From: Candidatus Poribacteria bacterium
GTDB lineage: Bacteria > Poribacteria > WGA-4E > PCPOR2b
Assembly (NCBI GenBank): GCA_022822785.1
Contig: JAJEAL010000134.1
Coordinates: 75,349 to 139,348, forward strand
Direction: 5' to 3'
Length of the DNA stretch: 64,000 nucleotides
A program made the position numbers and the translations under genes. Every line of letters starts with the position of its first letter. Within the stretch, counting starts at the first letter, position 1. The notes under the pieces were generated by a model. It worked only from the letters and a program-made list of their open reading frames with translations. It was not told the origin of the DNA and searched no databases. This document shows positions 42,761-52,600 of the stretch, piece after piece.

Positions 42761-44014
42761 TTATCCTTCCAATCGTCGGACGGTGCTGCCGCCCTGCACG
42801 GCATCATAGATTTCCTTGAATCCATCGCTTCCATCGTCGGGCACGGCTTCCAGATTAGATCCTGCCTCGCAGGTCGGCATGGCGTCGTTCGGATAGACTG
42901 CGTGGAGGTCCTGTTTGTTGCAACCGTAGTAGGTGACTTCTCCGCTTGCGCGAGAATAGCGGTAGATGTGACGGGGAGTGTCTACAAAGGAGTAATCCAC
43001 CTTGTATTTCTGCACCGCTTCTTCGTCAACCTCCACGCCGATGCCGGGCTTCTCTGGGACACGGTAGAAACCGCCGCGCAACTCGATCGGTTCGGTGATG
43101 AGTTGGCTCTCCCAGATGTTCATGCAGGTGATCGCGGGCCACTTGGCTTGAGCGCATACGACACCGAGGTGGGCTGCCCATGTGGTGGTGATACCGGTGC
43201 CGACAAGTTGTAACCAGAAGGGTTTGTTCGCTTCTTCACAGACGGTTGCCTGTTTCAACAGACGGTGTGCACCCGCGCAGATGACAAAGCCATCCGCTAC
43301 ATCTTCCTGCAGCGTAGTCAGGATAGGCGGGGAGCCGTAGTGCATTGCCACGGGCCTGTTGATACGTTGGCGGATCTGTTTGTTCCCGGCGACATCGCCT
43401 TGTGGAATTGGACTTTCGATCATGGCGACCCGTTCGTACTGTTCGAGGGTCTTGAGGAACTCGACAGCGTTGGCTGCGTTTGCCAAGGTTGCATTGAAGT
43501 CCAGATCCAGCTTGAACTGTGGGGGCACATCTTCGATGATGGCTCCGATGGCTGCGTGTAAGTCGTACCAGGTCCGCGCCTTGAGTTTAGAGGACATATA
43601 CCCTTGTTCGGCTGCATCAGCGCATTGTTGCGCCCAATCTTTCGGGGGCATATCCATCGCCCACCAAGAGAGCGGGCACCACTCTCGGACCTTCGTCCCC
43701 AGAAGGCGATAGGCAGGCGTATTCAAGGTTTTACCGACTGCGTCGAAGAGTGCGATTTGGACGCCGGCACCCAAACCGTCCTCCCACAGCAGATCTCCAG
43801 CCTCGCGTCCCACGATCTGTTCTTGGATATCATCGGACACCCTTGCCCAAGTGTAGTTGGGGATGGTCTCGCCCCAGCCGACCACACCGTTATCGAGGGT
43901 GATTTTGCAGATTTGGACAATATGCCAGTGCGGCAGCCAATACTGCATATGTTCGTTTGTATGTGGCGTGAAGGGAACGTCTAAATAGGTAAGTTCAACA
44001 TCGGTGATTTTCAT
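42761..44014 (-). CDS. Enolase-superfamily enzyme (mandelate racemase / muconate lactonising enzyme-like)
   Basis: 417 aa, MR_MLE N-terminal capping domain and barrel-domain pattern. Confidence 0.7.
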   Translation of the reverse strand: MKITDVELTYLDVPFTPHTNEHMQYWLPHWHIVQICKITLDNGVVGWGETIPNYTWARVSDDIQEQIVGREAGDLLWEDGLGAGVQIALFDAVGKTLNTPAYRLLGTKVREWCPLSWWAMDMPPKDWAQQCADAAEQGYMSSKLKARTWYDLHAAIGAIIEDVPPQFKLDLDFNATLANAANAVEFLKTLEQYERVAMIESPIPQGDVAGNKQIRQRINRPVAMHYGSPPILTTLQEDVADGFVICAGAHRLLKQATVCEEANKPFWLQLVGTGITTTWAAHLGVVCAQAKWPAITCMNIWESQLITEPIELRGGFYRVPEKPGIGVEVDEEAVQKYKVDYSFVDTPRHIYRYSRASGEVTYYGCNKQDLHAVYPNDAMPTCEAGSNLEAVPDDGSDGFKEIYDAVQGGSTVRRLEG

Positions 44015-44170
44015 GGTAGTATCCTTCCGTTGAGATGTTATGTACTTCCTTGATAGTCAAAATAGATTGCATCTGTATCGTAAAAACTACTGATTCTCTT
44101 AGCAAAAACCTCGGCTGCGTCAAACCTCAACCGGCGGGGAATTTGGAAAAATTTTTCCTTCTGACCTGTC

Positions 44171-45067
44171 TTAACGGTTAAAGAAGAAATCTTCCGCTGT
44201 CTTGAAAAGGATTTGTTCTTTATCCGAATCACTCAGAAAATCAGCGTGGTCGTTGATAAGCGCGATGGCAGCGGGAAAATCGGTGTGTGGGTTGTTCATT
44301 ACTACGGGACCGCCGCTGTCGCTTTCCCACATACAGCGCTCCGGACCGAAGGCGTCGACTACCCGACGGATCAGCGGCAGGAGATCCAGATACGGTGCCT
44401 TCCCATCCCCTAACGCCTGAAAGGGCCCCAGCTTGACCATCACACGCTTGTGCTTTGCCATATCGCAGAGCGTTTTGAGGTCATCTTCGGGGAAGATGCC
44501 GTCTCGTATCCGCACCCCGCAGATGTGATCCAGAATCACAGGGGTGTCGGGGAAGCGGGTGCACATTCGATCCAGATCTGGCAGATCGTCGAGTCCCATG
44601 AGGAAACTCAAGGCGAGGTTATGCGCTGCCCCTGCTGCAAACATCGCCTCATACCCCGGATAGTCGAGCCACCGGGAGACATCACCAATCGGCATACGCG
44701 CGGTTTTGCCGCCACGCACACGGAAGGCATAGATGCCTTGACGGGATAGGGCAATCATCGTTTTATCCGGACTGGCGAGCGATACATCCGTCACCGCTGG
44801 CACGATGCCTGTGCCCACAAAGGTGTCCGGAGCGTTGGCGATAAGGTCTATGATGTAGCTGTGATCGAGACCGTACCACGTCATCTGGACAAGGTTTATC
44901 CGGACTTTGCCGACCAAGCGACTGTACTCGAAATGTTGTTCTGGGGTAAAGGAGGGCAGCCATAGGTCACTTGGATTGAAACCGGGTGCTAACGGATAGG
45001 TTTCAAAGTCGTCTGTCCACACGTGGATATGTGCGTCGATGACTCTATCTTGTATATTTATCCCCAT
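44171..45067 (-). CDS. Amidohydrolase-2 family metal-dependent hydrolase (lactonase/decarboxylase-like TIM barrel)
   Basis: 298 aa, VIDAHIHVW N-terminal His-x-His motif. Confidence 0.7.
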   Translation of the reverse strand: MGINIQDRVIDAHIHVWTDDFETYPLAPGFNPSDLWLPSFTPEQHFEYSRLVGKVRINLVQMTWYGLDHSYIIDLIANAPDTFVGTGIVPAVTDVSLASPDKTMIALSRQGIYAFRVRGGKTARMPIGDVSRWLDYPGYEAMFAAGAAHNLALSFLMGLDDLPDLDRMCTRFPDTPVILDHICGVRIRDGIFPEDDLKTLCDMAKHKRVMVKLGPFQALGDGKAPYLDLLPLIRRVVDAFGPERCMWESDSGGPVVMNNPHTDFPAAIALINDHADFLSDSDKEQILFKTAEDFFFNR

Positions 45068-45265
45068 TTGCTTTTCGTTCCCTTTGCCTTAGAGTTGGAA
45101 GAGTGGAAGAAGGTCCCCTAATCTCCCATGCTTTCACCCATCTAGTATGTTTCTTGAGATATTATCACAAATGCCAATGGGAATCCATGAGAAACTTCGG
45201 AAGAAAAGCGGTTTTCCAGTGAACCTTTTCAGTTCGCCCAACACTAAAGGGGGTAGGAGGGCATT

Positions 45266-45805
45266 GTGGCAAGGGATATCGGAGAATATCACCCCCAGAT
45301 TGCACAGTTCGTTGATCAACTCTGTCGTGTCTACTATAAGCACAGTCAGCCTGAAGACCGCAGGGATATCAGCAGCGAGGTTGCCTTAATCGCGCATCAG
45401 AACCGCGAGCAGATTGCGGACGAATCCGAACGGGCATTTCTGGGATGGCTCCATCAAATTGCACAAAATGTGGTTCGGAACTGGTCACGCCGTGAAGGAA
45501 CTGCTGCCAGACGTGCGCTTGGCAGTCTTGACGACGAAAATTTTGGGACTGGGCAGATACTATCGGATGCACATACACCAGAGACAGATCTTCTCTTTCA
45601 AGAGAGAATGACAGTTGTTCGGAACGCAATCTCGGAATTGCCTTTGATTCATCAACAGGTGATTTGGTTATTCTACATTGAAGGACTTTCGGTGAAGGAG
45701 ATCGCAGGGAAGCTCGGCATTAGGAAAGGAACGGTTAAAAGCCGTCTATATCATGCAAGAGAACAACTCGCGACACGCTTGGCATCCTATTTTGCCGAGA
45801 GTTAA
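45266..45805 (+). CDS. ECF (sigma-70 family, group IV) RNA polymerase sigma factor
   Basis: 179 aa, region-4 HTH (IEGLSVKEIAGKLGIRKGTVKSRLYHAREQL) and region 2. Confidence 0.8.
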   Translation: MARDIGEYHPQIAQFVDQLCRVYYKHSQPEDRRDISSEVALIAHQNREQIADESERAFLGWLHQIAQNVVRNWSRREGTAARRALGSLDDENFGTGQILSDAHTPETDLLFQERMTVVRNAISELPLIHQQVIWLFYIEGLSVKEIAGKLGIRKGTVKSRLYHAREQLATRLASYFAES

Positions 45806-45825
45806 TAATAAGAGGAAAGGAAACT

Positions 45826-46173
45826 ATGAAGCATCAAGCACTACTTCTTGTCATCTCTTGTATGACACTCTCGATCGTTCTTGGTGGGTGCCATGTAGAA
45901 ATAAATGTAAAAGAAGAAGAAGAGGGTTTTTTGACAGTCAAGAACCGTTCAAATGTAACAATCACGAGTATTTTTATCGCTGCTGCTGAAGATGATTCTT
46001 GGGGGGCAGATCAACTCAAATCCGATATTCTACTACCTGGTGCTATAGTAACTTTTACTATTGAACCTGGCGCCTATGATGTCAGGGTTGTATCTGAACA
46101 TCATCGAGATTTCATATATGAAGCTGACATCTCGAGTGGGTGGACGACAACCGTGGCAATCAGATTCAGATAA
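45826..46173 (+). CDS. Small lipoprotein (lipobox LGGC)
   Basis: 115 aa, MKHQALLLVISCMTLSIVLGGC signal plus lipobox. Confidence 0.45.
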   Translation: MKHQALLLVISCMTLSIVLGGCHVEINVKEEEEGFLTVKNRSNVTITSIFIAAAEDDSWGADQLKSDILLPGAIVTFTIEPGAYDVRVVSEHHRDFIYEADISSGWTTTVAIRFR

Positions 46174-46422
46174 GAAAGCTGCAAGAACGACCTTCCTGCA
46201 AAGAAACCACGTTGAGAGCGAGGGTAATTCGGCGGATGATCCGATCGCGGATTGGGTTACGCTACTTTCTGTCAACTGCGTAACGCTTAAACAAGTTGAG
46301 CGTAGCGAAATTCTAATCTTATCAGGGTTGTTCTGAATCCCGATGTCCACGTCGGGGGCTTTGACGGTTCAGTTGTGTAAGTCCTATTGATACTAAAATA
46401 AAACGGAAGGAATAAGGTAATA

Positions 46423-48921
46423 GTGAAACATCTCTTGTCGATATGGGAGGCGAATTTGTATCTGTTCTTCGCCCTTGTGATGCTCATTCTCGTAATGCCG
46501 CTCGCGGCTCTGTCCCAAACCGGGACGATTGAAGGCACTGTTTATGATGGGAACACCAACGCCCCGGTCGTCGGCGCAGATGTTCATATCCTCGGGACCG
46601 ATGAACGCCAAACAACCGATACGGAAGGGAAGTTCTGGTTTATAGAAATGGTTCCAGGCACCTACACCGTGTCAATTATTCACAAAATGTACGACACCCC
46701 TACAGAAACCGATGTAGAGGTCACCGCAGGTCATACCACTCAAGTAACGCTGTACCTAGGCGAGGTACTCATGCTAGAAGAGGTTATTGTTGAAGGGGAA
46801 CGCCTCCCGCCAACAATCAGTCGAAAGGACATCCGCGGGAGCGAATTGATACGTATCCCCGGCGTTGGTAATGATGCGCTCAAGGGGTTGACAACGCTTC
46901 CGGGCATCGGTGTTCCCAATGATTACTTCGGCATTCTCTATATCCGTGGAAGTGAGCCGGGATCTAACCTCTACTATTTTGACCGGACACCGCTTGGATA
47001 TCCGTTTCACTGGGGCGGTCTACTCTCGACTGTCAGCTCGGAAGTCATTGATAAAATTGATATCTATGCCGGTGGATACGGCGGGGAATTTGGGTTGGAT
47101 TCGCAGGCGGTGTTGGACATCCACTCACGTGATAGCATAGAAGAACGGATAAGCGGTAAATTTAACCTGAACATCCTCTACTCCGAAGGGCTGCTTGAGC
47201 GCAGACTTGGGGATGAGGGATATGTGTCTATTGCCGGACGACGGAGCTACATCGATCTCATTGTTGGACGGTTCATTGATGAACAGCAGTTTCCCTACTT
47301 TTCGGACTATCAACTCAAATTTGCCTATCCTCTTGGTGAAAGGCATTGCTTGACACTCAACAGCTTTGCTGCAACCGATCATTTCCACGTTGAGGAGGCG
47401 ACATCTGTAGAAGTTACAGAAGTGGAGAGCGGTCAGATGGAAGAAGAAACGCAGACATTTGAAGGTGCACGCGCCTCTGCTTTTTTCAAAAATGGGTTTA
47501 ACGCACAAGGCCTCCATCTCCATTCCAATTTCACTGAAAATCTTACCTCCCAGTTCTCGCTCACCCGTTCGTTCAATTTCCTCACTATCAACTTTGAAGC
47601 GCCCATCACGGAGTCGTATGAATTCGGTTCGGACGGTGAACTTGTGTCTGAAGTGGACTACGGTCACTACGACATAAATATCAAGGTTCCGGTCTATACG
47701 TTGAGAGAAGACGTGTCCTACCGATTAAATCTACGTCCTGACGATACTAGTCATCAAAGTGAGTCTACCGCATTGGAAACAGGATTCCTTCTTTCCTTCA
47801 GTCCTGCCAACAGTTTCGAGGACAGCAGGATTCCACAATTTGAAGAGCGCGATGACCGCGAAGAAACGGTTACCCTAGTTGTTGATGAAAATGGGGAGGC
47901 GGTCGAAGAAACTATCGTGGGTGGAGAAGGATTGGAGTTAGTTAGTATTGAAGAGAATCACTACGAATTCGGGCACGATTTCCGGCGCGCTGAGGGTTAC
48001 CTACAGGGGCGATATGACCCGTTGCCGTTTCTCTCTGCTGCGCTAGGGATTCGGTTGGATTATCTGGACGTGACAGGGCAGACCTCCATACAGCCGAGGG
48101 GGAGCTTAAGTTTTGCGTTGCCGGGCGGTTCTAACCTCCGGTTCGCGTATGGACATTATGAACAGAGTCCACAACCGCATCAGATACTGTCGGAGAACGG
48201 GAATTCTGCGTTGGAATCAAGCCTTGCGCGACACTATATCATGGAACTTGAAGGCGAACTTTCATCTCGCACGGAATTGAAGTTCGCTACTTACTACAAA
48301 GATATGCAGAAGTTGGTCACAGCGGATGAGATAGCGAATTATCTTAATCAGGGAACTGCGTATGTTAGCGGGGCAGAGGCGTTCCTGCGGCACCGTGTGC
48401 CAGATAAGTTCTTCGGCTGGATCTCGTATGCTTATACGCACGCTGAACGGCGCGAGAATCCGGGGGATTTCTACCGACCTTATTTTTTTGATAACACGAA
48501 TATTGTTAGCGTTGTTGCCAACTACAACTTCACGCCTAAGTTTGAGATTGGCGCGAAGTGGCAATATTTGAACGGAACCGCTGAAGTGCCAATCAGCTCC
48601 GTTGTTCTCGTTCAAGACCCGCTGACACGCGGGTTGAACCCGCTTTTGGCGGATATTGATGAATCCGTTACTGCTGAACTGACCCCGTACCATAAGTTGG
48701 ATCTCCGGGTGAGTTACAAATTCGACTTTATGGGCTTACGGATAGGTGCGTTTCTCGATATTCTGAACGTCTACAACCGGAAAAACAGTGTGAAATTTGT
48801 CTTTACCCCGGATGAGCTGCTTGAGGTTCAAGGTGAAGAGGTGGAAATCGAAGAGCCTGAAATCTTTGAGGCGCAGCAATTCCCGCGCATTCCCTATTTT
48901 GGTCTGACTGTTGAATTTTAA
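46423..48921 (+). CDS. TonB-dependent-receptor-like outer-membrane protein with an N-terminal CarboxypepD_reg domain
   Basis: 832 aa, signal peptide, GTIEGTVYDGNTNAPVVGADVHI, plug-like region, long beta-barrel-like C-terminus ending in Phe. Confidence 0.65.
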   Translation: MKHLLSIWEANLYLFFALVMLILVMPLAALSQTGTIEGTVYDGNTNAPVVGADVHILGTDERQTTDTEGKFWFIEMVPGTYTVSIIHKMYDTPTETDVEVTAGHTTQVTLYLGEVLMLEEVIVEGERLPPTISRKDIRGSELIRIPGVGNDALKGLTTLPGIGVPNDYFGILYIRGSEPGSNLYYFDRTPLGYPFHWGGLLSTVSSEVIDKIDIYAGGYGGEFGLDSQAVLDIHSRDSIEERISGKFNLNILYSEGLLERRLGDEGYVSIAGRRSYIDLIVGRFIDEQQFPYFSDYQLKFAYPLGERHCLTLNSFAATDHFHVEEATSVEVTEVESGQMEEETQTFEGARASAFFKNGFNAQGLHLHSNFTENLTSQFSLTRSFNFLTINFEAPITESYEFGSDGELVSEVDYGHYDINIKVPVYTLREDVSYRLNLRPDDTSHQSESTALETGFLLSFSPANSFEDSRIPQFEERDDREETVTLVVDENGEAVEETIVGGEGLELVSIEENHYEFGHDFRRAEGYLQGRYDPLPFLSAALGIRLDYLDVTGQTSIQPRGSLSFALPGGSNLRFAYGHYEQSPQPHQILSENGNSALESSLARHYIMELEGELSSRTELKFATYYKDMQKLVTADEIANYLNQGTAYVSGAEAFLRHRVPDKFFGWISYAYTHAERRENPGDFYRPYFFDNTNIVSVVANYNFTPKFEIGAKWQYLNGTAEVPISSVVLVQDPLTRGLNPLLADIDESVTAELTPYHKLDLRVSYKFDFMGLRIGAFLDILNVYNRKNSVKFVFTPDELLEVQGEEVEIEEPEIFEAQQFPRIPYFGLTVEF

Positions 48922-48974
48922 CGGTTCGCAAAATAGGTTTGAAGCATTAAATATTGAAGGGAGGTTGAACAAAG

Positions 48975-49646
48975 ATGAAATGTAATCAAGTACAGGAAAA
49001 GCTACTTCACTCTATTGACAAGGAGTTGTCTCCACAGATTCGAGAGCATCTGCTTGGCTGTAAAGAATGCGAGCAGAAATATCGAATCTTACAGACGACG
49101 CAGAAATCGCTAGAAGATTTTGGCCGTGCTGTTCGAGATGGTTCTATTTCAATGGAGGCACCGCCATTTCCGCCGGTTCGACGCCGTTCCTTCTGGATCG
49201 AAATACGCGATAGCCTGAAAACGCCGGTGCCGGTGTGGATACCATCTGCTATCGGTGTGGTTGGGTTGCTGCTGTTCGTTGTGTCGATTTTTTCGCCGCT
49301 CACGCCGTCGGTGGAATGGGGTACACAAAAAGGGAGTGAAAATGCAGGTCGCATCGCTCCACCACTCTCAGCGGAGGGGATGTTGGAGTTTCTCATTATG
49401 CCTGAACCAACGGATGCAGCACAACTCGCCGCCTCAATCGAAACAGTTGAAACGTTCCTGAAGATGCATCCCGACGATCTCGCGATGCATGCCAAACTGG
49501 TTGATCTGTATCAATCTCGACTCAAGTTGGGGGAACTGTCCGCCGGCGAGCGCGACGCCATGGCAGAGAAATTATCACTTGAACGACAACGTTTTTCAGC
49601 GCTGCTGGAAAATTTTACGAAAGGGGTAGAGAATGATTCAGAATAG
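48975..49646 (+). CDS. Anti-sigma factor (zf-HC2 putative zinc finger plus a single TM helix)
   Basis: 223 aa, CxxxxxxLLxxxDxELxxxxxxHLxxCxxC motif and one TM segment (VWIPSAIGVVGLLLFVVSIF). Confidence 0.7.
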   Translation: MKCNQVQEKLLHSIDKELSPQIREHLLGCKECEQKYRILQTTQKSLEDFGRAVRDGSISMEAPPFPPVRRRSFWIEIRDSLKTPVPVWIPSAIGVVGLLLFVVSIFSPLTPSVEWGTQKGSENAGRIAPPLSAEGMLEFLIMPEPTDAAQLAASIETVETFLKMHPDDLAMHAKLVDLYQSRLKLGELSAGERDAMAEKLSLERQRFSALLENFTKGVENDSE

Positions 49647-52600
49647 CTTGGGACAAACAGGTGGATGGAAGGAGGGAAAGATGGAAGGATGGAACCAATC
49701 TTCCATCTTCGCTTCCGCTTGCATCTTGATTCGATGGGCGCTTTCGGTCTGTAGTTTATTTGTAATTTTTTCACAGCCCATCCACGCTGAACAATATGCC
49801 ATCCTCGTGGGCGTTTGGGACTATGAAAATCCAAACTTACAGCTTGATGCGCCGCCAAACGATTTGAAGCTGATGGAAGCGGTGCTCTCGGCACAGGGTG
49901 TCACACAGGAACAGATGCACATCCTCCCCAATCCGAACAAGGCACAGATTCAACGTAAATTTCGGGAACTCAGCCGCCGCCTGACCCCTTCCGATAGCCT
50001 GCTTTTTTATTTTAGTGGGCATGGCACGCAGATTATTGACAAACTCGGAACTTTTCCGGGGGATGAAGCGAAAGGGCGATACCCGGACAGGAACGATGAA
50101 GCACTGTTGCCTGTGGACGCGGATCTGGCATCGCCCAAGACGTACCTGTTGGATGACGAACTCAATACCCTGCTCCAAGAACTGCCGACGCAGCAGGTCT
50201 CCTGCATTATTGACACATGCTACTCCGGCGACATACTTCGAGAGATTCGTCTGGGACGGCCCAAAGGCTCGCCGGTGGCGGATACCCCAACGGGGATCGC
50301 TCAACCTACCCAGATTGTAAGCCATACGGAGGACATCTTGGATGAGTCCGCCGATTTTGCGCTGCTGTTAGCGGCTTCTGCATACAATCAGGTCGTCCAT
50401 GAACTGCGCATCCCGATTGGCGAGACCTATCTACCTGTCAGTGCGATGACCTATTCTCTCTATCGAGGGGTGTTTGCGCGCTCGCAACCTCCTGCAGATC
50501 AGATGGACGCGAGACAATGGGACGGCAAACTGACGTACCGCCAAATTATTCAGCATATCCAGAACGACCATAGGCAGTGGAATCTAGCGTGGCAGCCTGT
50601 CCTTGAGGGACCAGGAAATCGCTTCAATGAGGTGTTTCTCCCTACTGACTTGATGCCGCAATTAAACGACACATTAACCCTGACAACAATAAAGGGGCAG
50701 TCGATATCGGTGAGTCGGCGGGCGTTGGCGCTTGCCGGTGGTGGCAATTTTCAGCTTGGCGCTGCGAGTGGTATCAACACCCGACATTGGGCGGTTGTTA
50801 TCGGCGTGGATGCGTATCCGTCACCCTTTCAGTCGCTCAAGTATGCTGCCGATGATGCCAAAGCGGTCGCGCAGGTGTTCCAAGATGCAGGCGCCAATGT
50901 GACGCTGATGACGCCTGATAGCCTGATTCAGCCGACGAAGGCGAATATAATTGAACAGCTCCAACGACACGCTCAACTTGAAGGGGTAGATCTGCTGACC
51001 GTTTATCTCTCTGGGCATGGCGAGGATGTCAATGGAACAGGTTACTTTCTACCGATGGATGTCGCCGATCCACTCGTGGACGGTGGACTGAGTCTTGAAA
51101 ATCTGTTTGCGATTCTCAACCGCGCAAACGCCAAGCATCGGTTCGTCATCGTTGATGCGTGTCGAGTGGCACCGAAGGCCCACTTCGTTGCGGCGCTGTC
51201 GCGCTATAGTGAGGAGAGCAATATCATCTTCACAGCGTGTGATAGCAACCAGTGGGCACCGGAAGTTCCACGCCTGAAACATGGACTGTTCACCTACTTC
51301 CTGCTCAAAGGGCTGCGCGGCGGCTCCCAGGACCGGGGCGCAGCAGGTGCCGATGGGACCGTCACGGTATTGGGGTTATTGGATTATGTGACACGCGGCA
51401 TTGAGGAGTGGCATTCCCACCTGTCCGAGGAGCAACACTATCCGCAGCAGATTACGCCCCGCGTCTTTTATAACGGGAAATATATCTCACTGTTGAACAA
51501 CCAAGGGATTGACCCGGCGGTGATCAACAATGAAGGGCTGCTTCCCCAAATTACCAATACGTTCCGACATCAACTCGCCCGTAGCTTGGAATTAGCACCT
51601 TCTTCAGAAAGAAATGATGGTGTTACACCGTCAACCCCAAAAGGTAACGATTTACATCTGCCTGTGACCATTTCACTAATTCCGTGGATTAGTAGTGTTG
51701 GCGTCCATGACTTCAACCGTAATATCACAACGAACCTGTCACTCAATATTATTGCAGGTTATCATACCAAGTTGGATGGCATCGAATTGGGTGGGGTTTT
51801 GAACATAAAGGGGCTTGAGGCGAAGGGCTTACAATTCGCTGGGGTTGGGAATATCGTCGGTGGGGATGTAGACGGTTTCCAAGTTTCAAGTGCACTTAAC
51901 GCTGTGGGCAGAAATATGGAGGGTTTCCAAACGTCGGGTGGAGTCAATGCTAGTGGTCGCGACGTTAACGGGTTCCAAGTCGCGGGTGGTGCCAACATCG
52001 CCGGCAAAAACGTGGAAGGTTTCCAAGCGTCAGGTGGAGTCAACGTTAGCGGTGGTAATCTCGATGGTTTCCAAGCAGCGGTGGGCGGCAATGTGGTTGG
52101 CAGAGATGTGGTCGGTGTCCAAGCCACAGTCGGGGCGAATCTGGGTGGGCGTGACCTTCGAGGTTTGCAGGCAGCTGGCGGCGCGAACTTCGTCGGTGGG
52201 AAAGTGGGAGGTCGAAGTCTACAGGCCGCGGTCGGACCCAACATCGCTGGGCGTTTAGAGGGGACACAGCTCAGCGTGTCTGCTAATATCGCGCTTGATC
52301 GGTATCAAGAGACAAATCTCTCGTACGCAGGTACACAGATTGGGATGGTCAATATTGCGCCCGGTGATATTGGGACACAGATTGGGCTTCTCAATATTGC
52401 TGGTCATGTGGGTACGTCGCAGGTGGGCCTGCTTAACGTCTCCGGACGGATGTCGGGCGTCCCGATCGGATTGATCAGTTTCGTCAAGGATAATCCACTA
52501 CACCTGCAACTGTGGAGTAGCGATACGGAGGTTGCAAACCTTGGGATTCGACTCGGTAGCCGACACGTTTACAGTCTGTTGATGATCGGCAGTTACCCAC

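Noticed and set aside
51762-52258. Minus- and plus-strand ORFs with PPTxxP / SKxxVE repeats
   Set aside because: Out-of-frame or antisense reading of the 48-bp tandem repeats inside the caspase gene.
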